Virus record (IMG/VR): IMGVR_UViG_3300025168_000582
Span: 1 to 25,859 of that record
Strand: one strand, 5' to 3'
DNA from: a virus
Taxonomy: Duplodnaviria; Caudoviricetes
DNA length: 25,859 nucleotides
The number at the start of each line of letters is the position of its first letter. The first letter of the stretch is position 1. This document shows, piece after piece, positions 16,876-25,025 of the stretch. Both the position numbers and the translations under genes were made by a program. The notes under the pieces were generated by a model that was given only the letters and a program-made list of their open reading frames with translations, did not search any database and was not told where the DNA came from.

Positions 16876-17626
16876 TTAGTTCATCCTCTATGGTTAAGCG
16901 CCTAAAGCCGCCCCAATCACGCCTCATGTACAATAGGTTCCAACACACCTCTAGCCTGTCATGCCAATCCTCAGGGTGAGCCTCTTGCCACGCCTCTTGT
17001 ACCTTAGCTAACATCTTAGGCTTAGGTACATCAGCCAGAAGCTTCTCAGCTTTCTTAGGCCCGATACCTACGAGGCCTTGTATGTTGTCCGTAGAGTCTC
17101 CTGTGAGCATCTGTAGGCACATCTTGCGGTAGCCTTGGTCTTTACATATGTAGTACAAAGTCTCTTTGGTGAAGTTATAATGCCAACCTTCTACCATGTC
17201 AATGTCTTTGTCTATGTGTGCAATAACAAAGTGCTCCTTAGCATCTAAGGCTTGTTGCGCCCATATGGATACTACATCATCAGCCTCACAGTTATCAGAC
17301 TTAAAATGCCCTAGGCTATAAGCATACTCGTTGAGTTCCTTGCGCCTCTCTGTTACCTCAGGATTAGGGTCTTCCTCTTGCTCTTTAAGCTTACGATGGC
17401 CTTTGTAATCTTCTGTTATATCATAACGAAAGTTACCACTACCTTTTAAAGCTACAAATACTTTATCGCTACAAGTCTCCCATTGTATCTCTTCAATGGC
17501 CCTATCGTAATACTCCATAGCTTTTCTTAAGTCTATATCAGTCTTAAGAGCTATGCGATAGATGATAGAATCAGCATCAATAAAGCATTTGTCAAAGGGC
17601 TTGCTTTTACTATTCTTTATGTTCAT
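16868..17626 (-). CDS. 5'-3' exonuclease (T7 gp6-like)
   Basis: IDADS, NFR......YKGHR, EADD, IDKD and GDSTDNIQGLVGIGPKKA (H3TH). Confidence 0.93.
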   Translation of the reverse strand: MNIKNSKSKPFDKCFIDADSIIYRIALKTDIDLRKAMEYYDRAIEEIQWETCSDKVFVALKGSGNFRYDITEDYKGHRKLKEQEEDPNPEVTERRKELNEYAYSLGHFKSDNCEADDVVSIWAQQALDAKEHFVIAHIDKDIDMVEGWHYNFTKETLYYICKDQGYRKMCLQMLTGDSTDNIQGLVGIGPKKAEKLLADVPKPKMLAKVQEAWQEAHPEDWHDRLEVCWNLLYMRRDWGGFRRLTIEDELNV

Positions 17627-17629
17627 ACG

Positions 17630-17983
17630 TTACTCGCTTGTTAAGTTTAAGACCATCTGAGTGTTTTCTTTCTTTAGTCTTTTAGTTTGCTTATCTCTAG
17701 CAACTCTACTAAGCCTATTATGCTCAATACGATGGCAGTTAGAACATAACAGTAAACACTTTTTAGCTTCTTTTAACACTTGCTCCATCGGTTTTAGTAT
17801 GTTCCCTCCTACGTTAAACTCTTTCTGTGAAGGGTCTATGTGGTGATAGTCATAAATCTCAATGTGCTTTAGGTCACGTAAGTCACAGTGCTCACACTTA
17901 CCACCTTTAAGTTCAAAAAGCTCTAGTAGTCTGTTTCTTCTGTGCTCATAATCATATTCGTGTTTTCTGCCTTTGCGTTTCAT
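17630..17983 (-). CDS. HNH endonuclease (free-standing)
   Basis: GGKCEHC...DYHHIDPSQK...KCLLLCSNCHRIEH. Confidence 0.88.
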   Translation of the reverse strand: MKRKGRKHEYDYEHRRNRLLELFELKGGKCEHCDLRDLKHIEIYDYHHIDPSQKEFNVGGNILKPMEQVLKEAKKCLLLCSNCHRIEHNRLSRVARDKQTKRLKKENTQMVLNLTSE

Positions 17984-17991
17984 AGCTTCTC

Positions 17992-19716
17992 CTAGTGTGT
18001 CTCAGCCCATGAGTCACCTACTTTAAACTCACCAGCTAAAGAACACCTGAGCTTGAAGTGGATACCAGCAGCCTCAATACAACTAGCTGCTAGACTACCA
18101 AACTTACCTGCCTGATCTTCCCTAACTTCCACTTGAAACTCGTCATGGATATTACCAACAAACTTATAATCTATACCCCATAGTATAGCATATCTGTCAA
18201 GAATAATCAAGGCTTGTTTCATAATTAAACTACCTGCTGACTGTAAGCACGAATTAAGTGCTGCATGTTCTGACCTGATAAACACTTTACGTCCATCTAA
18301 GCCTGTTATGTAGCCCTTAGATGCTGACTGTGCAACATTTTCCTTAAGCTTTGCAAGTGCTGGTGTAGCCTTGAGGAAACTATCCTTAAGTCGTTTACCT
18401 ACTGCTCTACCGCCACCTGCAATACTGCCTATCTTCTCGTCACCTGCGCCATACAAGTAAGCGTATATGAAAGTCTTGGCCTGATTACGTGTATCAAGAC
18501 CAGCAGCTTTCTGGTTAGCTGTGTGTATATCTCCTGTAAGTATAGTGTTAGTATAGTCTGCATCATCCATGAAGTGGGCCAGCATTCTCAATTCTAAGCC
18601 AGAGGCGTCTATACCAACAAGCTTATAACCTTTAGGCACTATCCAACATGAGCGACACTCTGGCCCGTAAAGGCTACTAGAGCTAGGCACCTGCGCTAAA
18701 TTAGGCTTGCTGTGGGTCATACGCCCTGTCACAGCACCATTAGTATTAACGTAACCATGTACCCGCCCTGTGTCCTCATTAGCAGCCTCAAGCCAACTAC
18801 GTACCTGAGCTATGCGCTTACCTACTAACAGGTAGGAGGCAATCAACTCAGCCTCAGGTATGCCTTTGACATTCTTAAGTATGTCCTCAGACACGATAGG
18901 GTGGCCTGTCTCTGTAAAGGCCTTAGGCTTCCATCCAAAGTGCTTAAGGTAGCGGCCTATCTGTTGCCGTGAAGCAAGGTTAAAAACAGGCCAGTCAATA
19001 CGACTAAAAGGCCCACCTACTTCTTCCCATCTTTCACCGAGGAACTTGAGTCCAACGATGCTGTAGGTGCCGTCTTTCTTAAGCTTGGGAACAATCTCCT
19101 TAATGTACGTAGGTAAAGGTAAAAACACTTGTTGGACAACTTCCTCAAGTTCATATGACTTCTCCTGTAATTCCGCTACTAAATCCCTAGCCTTTGGCGA
19201 ATCCAAAAGCCAGCCGTTTCTAATTTGCTTCTGTATGATGCGTTGTACGTCATGCTCTAACTCAAGGCTATCAGGCTTAAAGTCCTCTAGCTCTTTAAGT
19301 AAAGCTTTGTACACCTCATGGTTTACGTTTACATCTTGCTCACAGTAAAGGAGCATATCGTGCGTGTAGTGAGTCCAATCACTATAGTCACCCTTAGGGT
19401 ATCCAAGCTTCTCGCCCCAGTGTCCTAGGCTATGTGCCTCGCGCTGCGGGTCTGCTAGTCTTGACATGACTAATGTGTCTGTAATCTTACAGGCGCTAAA
19501 GTCAGTGCCTAGTAACTTCTCACACGCTGGTATGTCGTAACCTATAATGTTATGCCCTATCACCTCCTGTGCTTGTGCTATTGCTATATTAAATGTAGGC
19601 CACTGGCCCTCTACGTATGAGCTTATGACGCCAGTGTCAATATCCTTAGTGATAATGCACCATACCTTTGTAGGCGCTAGGCCATTAGTCTCTATATCAA
19701 ATATTAATCTAGTCAT
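17992..19716 (-). CDS. DNA polymerase family A with 3'-5' exonuclease
   Basis: DIETNG, GHNIIGYD, TGRMTHSKPN, DASGLELR (motif A), RNQAKTFIYAYLYG (motif B) and IHDE (motif C). Confidence 0.96.
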   Translation of the reverse strand: MTRLIFDIETNGLAPTKVWCIITKDIDTGVISSYVEGQWPTFNIAIAQAQEVIGHNIIGYDIPACEKLLGTDFSACKITDTLVMSRLADPQREAHSLGHWGEKLGYPKGDYSDWTHYTHDMLLYCEQDVNVNHEVYKALLKELEDFKPDSLELEHDVQRIIQKQIRNGWLLDSPKARDLVAELQEKSYELEEVVQQVFLPLPTYIKEIVPKLKKDGTYSIVGLKFLGERWEEVGGPFSRIDWPVFNLASRQQIGRYLKHFGWKPKAFTETGHPIVSEDILKNVKGIPEAELIASYLLVGKRIAQVRSWLEAANEDTGRVHGYVNTNGAVTGRMTHSKPNLAQVPSSSSLYGPECRSCWIVPKGYKLVGIDASGLELRMLAHFMDDADYTNTILTGDIHTANQKAAGLDTRNQAKTFIYAYLYGAGDEKIGSIAGGGRAVGKRLKDSFLKATPALAKLKENVAQSASKGYITGLDGRKVFIRSEHAALNSCLQSAGSLIMKQALIILDRYAILWGIDYKFVGNIHDEFQVEVREDQAGKFGSLAASCIEAAGIHFKLRCSLAGEFKVGDSWAETH

Positions 19717-19719
19717 AGG

Positions 19720-20133
19720 TCACCTATAGTAAATATGTGACCCCAACTTAATTGTGGTGGTCATTTCATCTGCCCAGTACGGGTGTACATAGTCTGCATG
19801 GTAATGCGTAGCACCTTCGGTAATGTCAATAGACTTACCAGCTAATACGTGCTGTGCTAAAATAGTAGCTTCCAGCATTGCTTTACCATCTTGGGGCTTG
19901 TCAGACAAACCATCACAGAACCAACTGTACTGGCACTGGTATCTGATAGGGTTAATCATGTCCCACCCATGATACTTAGCTTGCTTTATAACCTCACAAG
20001 CTGTATCGGGATACCTACTGTCAGCCATACGATTTAACACGCTATGTGCTACACCTATCTGACCCGCTAATGGCTCACCTCTAGCCTCATGGTAGATGTT
20101 TAGGGCCATACATAACACTGCTGCGGTTACCAT
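19720..20133 (-). CDS. Cell wall hydrolase, SleB-like
   Basis: CMALNIYHEARGE...VLNR....YP...C.V, QYSW, GATHYHA.YV.PYW, H.YY. Confidence 0.9.
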   Translation of the reverse strand: MVTAAVLCMALNIYHEARGEPLAGQIGVAHSVLNRMADSRYPDTACEVIKQAKYHGWDMINPIRYQCQYSWFCDGLSDKPQDGKAMLEATILAQHVLAGKSIDITEGATHYHADYVHPYWADEMTTTIKLGSHIYYR

Positions 20134-20135
20134 GA

Positions 20136-21767
20136 TTAAAAGTCGTCATGTGCGTTAGCTGCCTTAGTCTCAGGTGCCTGAGTAGCTACCAAGCGACTGC
20201 TATGGTTCTCATAAAAGAGCCAGCCAGCTACCCCTGTACGTCCTGTACGTCTACACTTAACTAGTTGCACCTGAGTACAGTTACGTGCGTAATCATCGTC
20301 CGTCATTTTGTCCCTTGACAGGAGTATGGTATTGAAAGCAATCTGGTTGATTGAACCGCTGCCCTTCAAGTCATACTCGCCTACGTCATGGGCATCCTTA
20401 GCATGTGGCTTACGCATGTGGCTAACAATGATAATACTGACACCTGTATTCTTGGCAAGCTTAAGGCACTTATCCATAAACGCATCAATGGTTCCATTCT
20501 CATTACTGGTCACCGCTGCTTGCAGAGGGTCTAGTATTATTATATCACAATCTAAGCCTTTAACCAAGTATTGCATCTTAGCAAATAACTCGTCAGCCTC
20601 TAACGCACCCTGATGATCTAAGATGTGTAGCTTGTCACTGTTTGCCATCTCGTCATACTTCTCATGGTACAGATTGTAATCCCTGTCCTCATTAGGCACA
20701 TCTGCAATGTTAGTACCCATGTAAACCGATAGTAACTTCTCTACTGTCTCACCTACGCAAGCCTCTAGGAACACACAACCAATCTTCTTAGCACTCTCTA
20801 AGTACATACCATGCACTAGGTTATAAACCATAGTGGTCTTACCTATGGACGTTAAGGCGCCTATGACTGTCACCTCACCTGCTGCGATACCACCATTCAT
20901 CATGGCATTAAGACTACCAAAGCTTGCAGGTAGTGGCGTGACTTCTTCTGTACCTCGCTTAAGGAACTTATCCCACACGTCAGGGTCACCTAGGCTTACA
21001 ACACCCTCAGGCTTGTAGGCTTTAGCGTCCCACCAGCATTTAGTGTACTCACGTACCCTGTTGGCCTTGAGCATATCGCCAGCGTCCTTAAGGGGTAACG
21101 TACACACCTTAGCCTTACGAGGGCTAAACAAAGGTAATACATCAGCCGCAGCCTTGATACCTGCCTCGTCTGAGTCAAAGCATATGACTACCTTATCAAA
21201 TGTCTCAAGGTACTCAAGGCTGGCCTTAACGTCCTTGACTGCGCTGTTGGCACCTGAGCGAATGCTAACGGCAGGGAAGCCGCCATTCATTTCATACGCT
21301 GCCATGGCGTCTATCTCACCTTCTGTAATGGTTATGTACTTACCACCTGCTGCAAAGGATTGCTGACCAAACAAGCCAGCGCTGCCTAGGTCACCTGTGG
21401 CATAAAAATCCTTGGTTGCTACGTTACGCACCTTAGTGCCAACTACTTTGTTGCCCTCCTGATTGTGATATGGGTAATGGTGCTTACTAATGCTACCATC
21501 CTCACCATTCTCTACTGTGACGCCATAACGCTTGGCTGTATCCATGCTTATGCGTCTATCCTGTATAGCTGCTATTGTGCCTGTCATTTCTAAAGGCCTC
21601 GCTCTTGTCTTATTAGTATTGACTACTGACCCATCACCATGTATGTACGCATTACATGAGAAGCATACTTGGTGATTGTCTGAGTAAATTGCATTAGCAT
21701 CTGATGAACCACAAGAGGAACAAGGGCCATGCTTTACAAAGGTACTCTCTGTCTGTTCTTTACGCAT
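20136..21767 (-). CDS. Primase-helicase (T7 gp4-like)
   Basis: Zn finger CSSCGSSD..CFSC, TOPRIM ITEGEIDAM and FDSDEAG, Walker A ALTSIGKT, IILD, LKGSGSI.Q, and an acidic-aromatic tail HDDF. Confidence 0.95.
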   Translation of the reverse strand: MRKEQTESTFVKHGPCSSCGSSDANAIYSDNHQVCFSCNAYIHGDGSVVNTNKTRARPLEMTGTIAAIQDRRISMDTAKRYGVTVENGEDGSISKHHYPYHNQEGNKVVGTKVRNVATKDFYATGDLGSAGLFGQQSFAAGGKYITITEGEIDAMAAYEMNGGFPAVSIRSGANSAVKDVKASLEYLETFDKVVICFDSDEAGIKAAADVLPLFSPRKAKVCTLPLKDAGDMLKANRVREYTKCWWDAKAYKPEGVVSLGDPDVWDKFLKRGTEEVTPLPASFGSLNAMMNGGIAAGEVTVIGALTSIGKTTMVYNLVHGMYLESAKKIGCVFLEACVGETVEKLLSVYMGTNIADVPNEDRDYNLYHEKYDEMANSDKLHILDHQGALEADELFAKMQYLVKGLDCDIIILDPLQAAVTSNENGTIDAFMDKCLKLAKNTGVSIIIVSHMRKPHAKDAHDVGEYDLKGSGSINQIAFNTILLSRDKMTDDDYARNCTQVQLVKCRRTGRTGVAGWLFYENHSSRLVATQAPETKAANAHDDF

Positions 21768-21803
21768 ATAGCTCTGTAAGCTCCTGTGGTGCGTTGTAAG
21801 AGG

Positions 21804-21833
21804 CCTAGCCCTAAGGGGAATAGTAGGGCTAGG
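21804..21833. promoter_or_regulatory. Intergenic 10-bp-stem hairpin with no U-tract
   Basis: cctagcccta-aggggaatag-tagggctagg, between the SSB and primase-helicase genes. Confidence 0.6.
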
Positions 21834-21850
21834 GGTTAACTTAAGAGGCC

Positions 21851-22216
21851 TTAGAAGTCCTCGTCTGTGTTGCCCGTGGCAAGCTCCAGTACCTTGACTT
21901 TATCTAGGTAGGGGGTGATACCATGGACGGGGTGCTCGTCACCTAGGCTGTACTGTACACGCACTAATGAACCACGTGTAATGGCGCCCATGAACTCGTC
22001 ACCATTGGCCTCATATAAAGGCACGTTGAACTTAGAGGCGAACTTGCGCTGCTTCTGGCCCTCATACTCACGCATCTTAACGCCCTGCCCTTCTAGCTGC
22101 GTGATTGACGCATCATCTAGGGTGACTGTCAATGAATACTTACCAGTTGACTGCCCCTGATAAAGCTCATGCTCTGTTAGATTGACAAACGCTGCACTAC
22201 CATTAATTACTGACAT
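21851..22216 (-). CDS. Single-stranded DNA-binding protein (gp2.5/DUF2815-like)
   Basis: OB-fold-like pattern (GKYSLTVTL, RGSLVRV, YLDKVKVLEL), acidic tail ending TDEDF, and position upstream of the primase-helicase. Confidence 0.8.
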   Translation of the reverse strand: MSVINGSAAFVNLTEHELYQGQSTGKYSLTVTLDDASITQLEGQGVKMREYEGQKQRKFASKFNVPLYEANGDEFMGAITRGSLVRVQYSLGDEHPVHGITPYLDKVKVLELATGNTDEDF

Positions 22217-22343
22217 AAAATTATCCTTTCGGGTTTAGTGTTTTGACCATCATTGGCCTACTTAAGAACCTTATGGCTCTTTAGTATGTTCTTTAATTAA
22301 TCATTATGAATTAACTAAAAGAATTTCTTTTGTTCTTAGGTAT

Positions 22344-22372
22344 ATTATACCAAACTTGTTAACACGTGTAAA
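22344..22372 (-). promoter_or_regulatory. Sigma70-type promoter for the replication operon
   Basis: Minus strand TTTACA-N17-TATAAT with an extended -10 (TGg). Confidence 0.85.
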
Positions 22373-22375
22373 GCA

Positions 22376-22630
22376 CTAATATGTCCTTTCATCACAATTA
22401 AGGTCAATTAGGTCTGTGTACTCCTCCTCTAATAGTTGAGTAGTCTCAATGATCTTATGCAACCACTCAGGAATACGTGTGTATTCACCTGTCTTATAGT
22501 TGAAGTGATAGCCATAAAAGTCGTCAATTGTAAGCTCGTTAGCCTCGCTCATGTGCCATTGCACCTCGACCTCTATCATTACGTCTACGCTTAATACATC
22601 TATCTCAATGTTTATTGTTGAATTAGCCAT
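22376..22630 (-). CDS. Acidic hypothetical protein
   Basis: In-operon ORF with an AAGGAG Shine-Dalgarno. Confidence 0.7.
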   Translation of the reverse strand: MANSTINIEIDVLSVDVMIEVEVQWHMSEANELTIDDFYGYHFNYKTGEYTRIPEWLHKIIETTQLLEEEYTDLIDLNCDERTY

Positions 22631-22806
22631 GGGCTGTCTCCTTTAACTTCGTTTATGTTTATGTCTACTTCTAAGTCCACATTATAACTTGCTTCATTTG
22701 AGTATGTCAAGCACCGCCCACATAGATCAATAAATAGGTCTGTGGTTCTATCCTTACGACTTAACTCTATGTCATTCAATATGACGTTACAGGCCTTACA
22801 GCGCAT
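22612..22806 (-). CDS. Small zinc-ribbon protein
   Basis: MRCKAC...LCGRC (two CxxC). AGGAGG precedes the ATG at 22806. Confidence 0.7.
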   Translation of the reverse strand: MRCKACNVILNDIELSRKDRTTDLFIDLCGRCLTYSNEASYNVDLEVDININEVKGDSPWLIQQ

Positions 22807-22807
22807 C

Positions 22808-22999
22808 TTAAGCACCTCCTGTGCTTGTGATAGTCTCTAGGCCTTGTATGTCCTTAATGGCCTTTAGAGGCGACTTGAGGCGCTTTACTGGCTTACCTAC
22901 GTATACACTATACTTCCATAAGTGTAGACCAACAAAACATGGGCCGATTGTAACTTCATAACGTGTCTTTAATAACCGCTTACGTGTAATTGTTTTCAT
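22808..22999 (-). CDS. Basic hypothetical protein
   Basis: In-operon ORF with a purine-rich leader. Confidence 0.6.
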   Translation of the reverse strand: MKTITRKRLLKTRYEVTIGPCFVGLHLWKYSVYVGKPVKRLKSPLKAIKDIQGLETITSTGGA

Positions 23000-23072
23000 A
23001 ATATTGTACTCTCTTTTTTTACTTAGGTTATGCCTTACTCATGTAAGGCTTAGTGTTATGCTACTTGGTCAA

Positions 23073-23375
23073 TTAGTTAATGTCAAGCTTATGGCCTATC
23101 CATTGGTCAAATGTATAATAATCTAATGGGTAACCATATGCAACCCCTTTTACTTTAGGCGTGTAAGTCTCTATAACGCCTCCTAAGGCCTCTTCATTGC
23201 CATGCAATACCTTACTAGCACTTATAAGCTCGGCAAGCACAGGCGCTAATTTAGAGCGTCCTAGGCCTGTGGCGGCTTGTATATGCTCAATCGTTAAATA
23301 TGGCTCGCTCCAGTTCAATTCAAGTAGATTGTTATAGACTGTGATTGCTTTAGTGCTTAGTTTATTTTTACTCAT
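23073..23375 (-). CDS. Putative winged-HTH DNA-binding protein
   Basis: LTIEHIQAATGLGRSKLAPVLAELISASKV resembles an HTH. GAGG Shine-Dalgarno. Confidence 0.6.
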   Translation of the reverse strand: MSKNKLSTKAITVYNNLLELNWSEPYLTIEHIQAATGLGRSKLAPVLAELISASKVLHGNEEALGGVIETYTPKVKGVAYGYPLDYYTFDQWIGHKLDIN

Positions 23376-23395
23376 GTTAGTTACCTCTCTTAAGT

Positions 23396-23548
23396 TTAGT
23401 TAAAGGCCACGTGTGTAGCATATATGATACAGAAGACGCCTATAGAGCCGCCTAAGGCGCTTAAGCCTATGCTTAGGTACTTGTCTAGCCTTTCTTGTTT
23501 GCGTACCTCACAGGACGCCTGTAGGCGCTTGTGCTTGTAGTCTTTCAT
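23396..23548 (-). CDS. Small membrane protein (50 aa), not in the ORF track
   Basis: MKDYKHKRLQASCEVRKQERLDKYLSIGLSALGGSIGVFCIIYATHVAFN*. GAGG Shine-Dalgarno. Confidence 0.7.
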   Translation of the reverse strand: MKDYKHKRLQASCEVRKQERLDKYLSIGLSALGGSIGVFCIIYATHVAFN

Positions 23549-23552
23549 TGTG

Positions 23553-23705
23553 TTACCTCTTTTTTTTGTTACGTGCTTTATTTTTCTTTGCTTGGTCGCG
23601 TCTAAACTGTTTATTAGCTGGTGATTCTGTGAGGTATGCCCACAGAACCCATAATACTATGGGCCACATAATAAATGATACTAGACTGATAATAGCTTCT
23701 AACAT
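23553..23705 (-). CDS. Small membrane protein (50 aa), not in the ORF track
   Basis: MLEAIISLVSFIMWPIVLWVLWAYLTESPANKQFRRDQAKKNKARNKKKR*. AGGAG Shine-Dalgarno. Confidence 0.72.
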   Translation of the reverse strand: MLEAIISLVSFIMWPIVLWVLWAYLTESPANKQFRRDQAKKNKARNKKKR

Positions 23706-23727
23706 GGCTTGCGTCTCCTGTGTTTAG

Positions 23728-24129
23728 TTATTCAATACCATAGCCTGATATAGTACCATCATGTGACACTGTACACAAGCTTGCTTTGCTTACTTTGTCG
23801 CTTGTGCCTTTAATGACAAAATGAGGCGCTTTGTATGGGTTATATGAGACTACTGTAACCTTATGTATAGTATCTAAAGCGCCATAAACTGGCCCTAAAG
23901 AGCGACCTTTGTATGGCTTAAAGCCTATAGTATTCAATAGTAGGCCTTTAACGTATGCGTGTACGTTTTTTTGCCTATCTTTGAGCACTCTTTGGCGTCC
24001 CGCTTCATTGACCACGAAGTCTGCCCCTACTATATCCACGCTTTTCGCATGGCCTAACACAAGGCCACTAGAATCGCTTTTAATACTTATGAGGCCGTTA
24101 TGTAGATTCCTGTATACTGATACTTTCAT
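23728..24129 (-). CDS. Conserved phage early hypothetical protein
   Basis: VYRNLH...F.V..AGRQRVL....KNVHAYV.G...YNPYK pattern that I recognise from diverse phages. Confidence 0.8.
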   Translation of the reverse strand: MKVSVYRNLHNGLISIKSDSSGLVLGHAKSVDIVGADFVVNEAGRQRVLKDRQKNVHAYVKGLLLNTIGFKPYKGRSLGPVYGALDTIHKVTVVSYNPYKAPHFVIKGTSDKVSKASLCTVSHDGTISGYGIE

Positions 24130-24133
24130 TGTG

Positions 24134-24226
24134 TCACCTATCCATTAGTTTATAAAGTATATAACTTAGAACCACAGGCGCCATGAGAATAGCACCTATT
24201 AAGAGTAAATCATTAATTAGATACAT
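24134..24226 (-). CDS. Very small hydrophobic protein (30 aa), not in the ORF track
   Basis: MYLINDLLLIGAILMAPVVLSYILYKLMDR*. It starts 1 nt after the upstream stop and fills the gap. Confidence 0.55.
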   Translation of the reverse strand: MYLINDLLLIGAILMAPVVLSYILYKLMDR

Positions 24227-24227
24227 A

Positions 24228-24983
24228 TTAAGCCACCATCATGCTAGGGATAACCATAGCAGACTTAAATTTACTTGCGCCACTACCATGTACAGTTATG
24301 GCAACATTCTTTTTGGTTCCATCGCATAGGCCACAGTCTACGCATTGTAGGCCTTCACTATCTGCTAGGCATTCAATTTCACCATGGTCTAGGCTATCGC
24401 CTTCTAATGCTACCCTGAACGTGTGAGCGCCTAAGGCCTGATATTTACGTGCCTGTTTGGGCGTATCAGCGCTTACCATGCACAAGTCAATAAAACGCTT
24501 GTCAAAGCCCTTGTGCGCTATTTGGTGCGTGTAGCCTGTATGACCTAAACCTAAACCAGCTATTAAAGCCATTGTTTCATAAGGCGCTGCGCTAGGATCG
24601 CCATAGGCGCCTAAGCGTGTCTTTCTGTGTGCAAAATAGGCACCATGTAAAGCCATGTCAAACTGCGGGTAAATACCACGTTTAAAGCCTTTATAAACTG
24701 CGTTAGGCGCTTGAGCTACACGCACATAACAGGTAGTGCCACGATGGGGGCAATGACCGCACACGTTTTCATCGGCACCAGTTTTAATAGCTTCTACTGG
24801 GTTTGTATTCGCGTCTAGTATCCATGTCTGTACCATGTCGCCCGTCTTGTCATTAGTGGTTTGCATGGTGGCAATGACTACAATTTCAGCTCCTGTGAGC
24901 ATTGACGGGCCTTGATACATAATGTACCCACGTGATTTGGGTGCTTTAGTTTTAACCTTTATTTTGTTTGTGCCTAGTAACAT
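24228..24983 (-). CDS. Cys-rich conserved phage protein (GP88-like, possible Fe-S enzyme)
   Basis: NDKTG, CGHCPHRGTTCYV, RLGAYGDP, GYTH and C-terminal C..CVDCGLC. Confidence 0.6.
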   Translation of the reverse strand: MLLGTNKIKVKTKAPKSRGYIMYQGPSMLTGAEIVVIATMQTTNDKTGDMVQTWILDANTNPVEAIKTGADENVCGHCPHRGTTCYVRVAQAPNAVYKGFKRGIYPQFDMALHGAYFAHRKTRLGAYGDPSAAPYETMALIAGLGLGHTGYTHQIAHKGFDKRFIDLCMVSADTPKQARKYQALGAHTFRVALEGDSLDHGEIECLADSEGLQCVDCGLCDGTKKNVAITVHGSGASKFKSAMVIPSMMVA

Positions 24984-25025
24984 GGTGTAACCTCATTTAT
25001 TGTGGGTTAATATATCGTTTAGTCA

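Noticed and set aside
12092-19716. Inteins or introns in nrdA, nrdB or pol, or a metal-free/Tyr-less RNR subclass
   Set aside because: The ORFs are compact and continuous, and NrdB has all carboxylate/His ligands plus the radical Tyr.
20833-20862. Apparently degenerate helicase Walker A (GALTSIGKTT)
   Set aside because: It still fits [AG]xxxxGK[ST] as in DnaB-family helicases.
23032-23049. Hairpin gccttac-tcat-gtaaggc as a terminator
   Set aside because: It has no U-tract in the direction of transcription, and a 7-bp stem alone is weak evidence.
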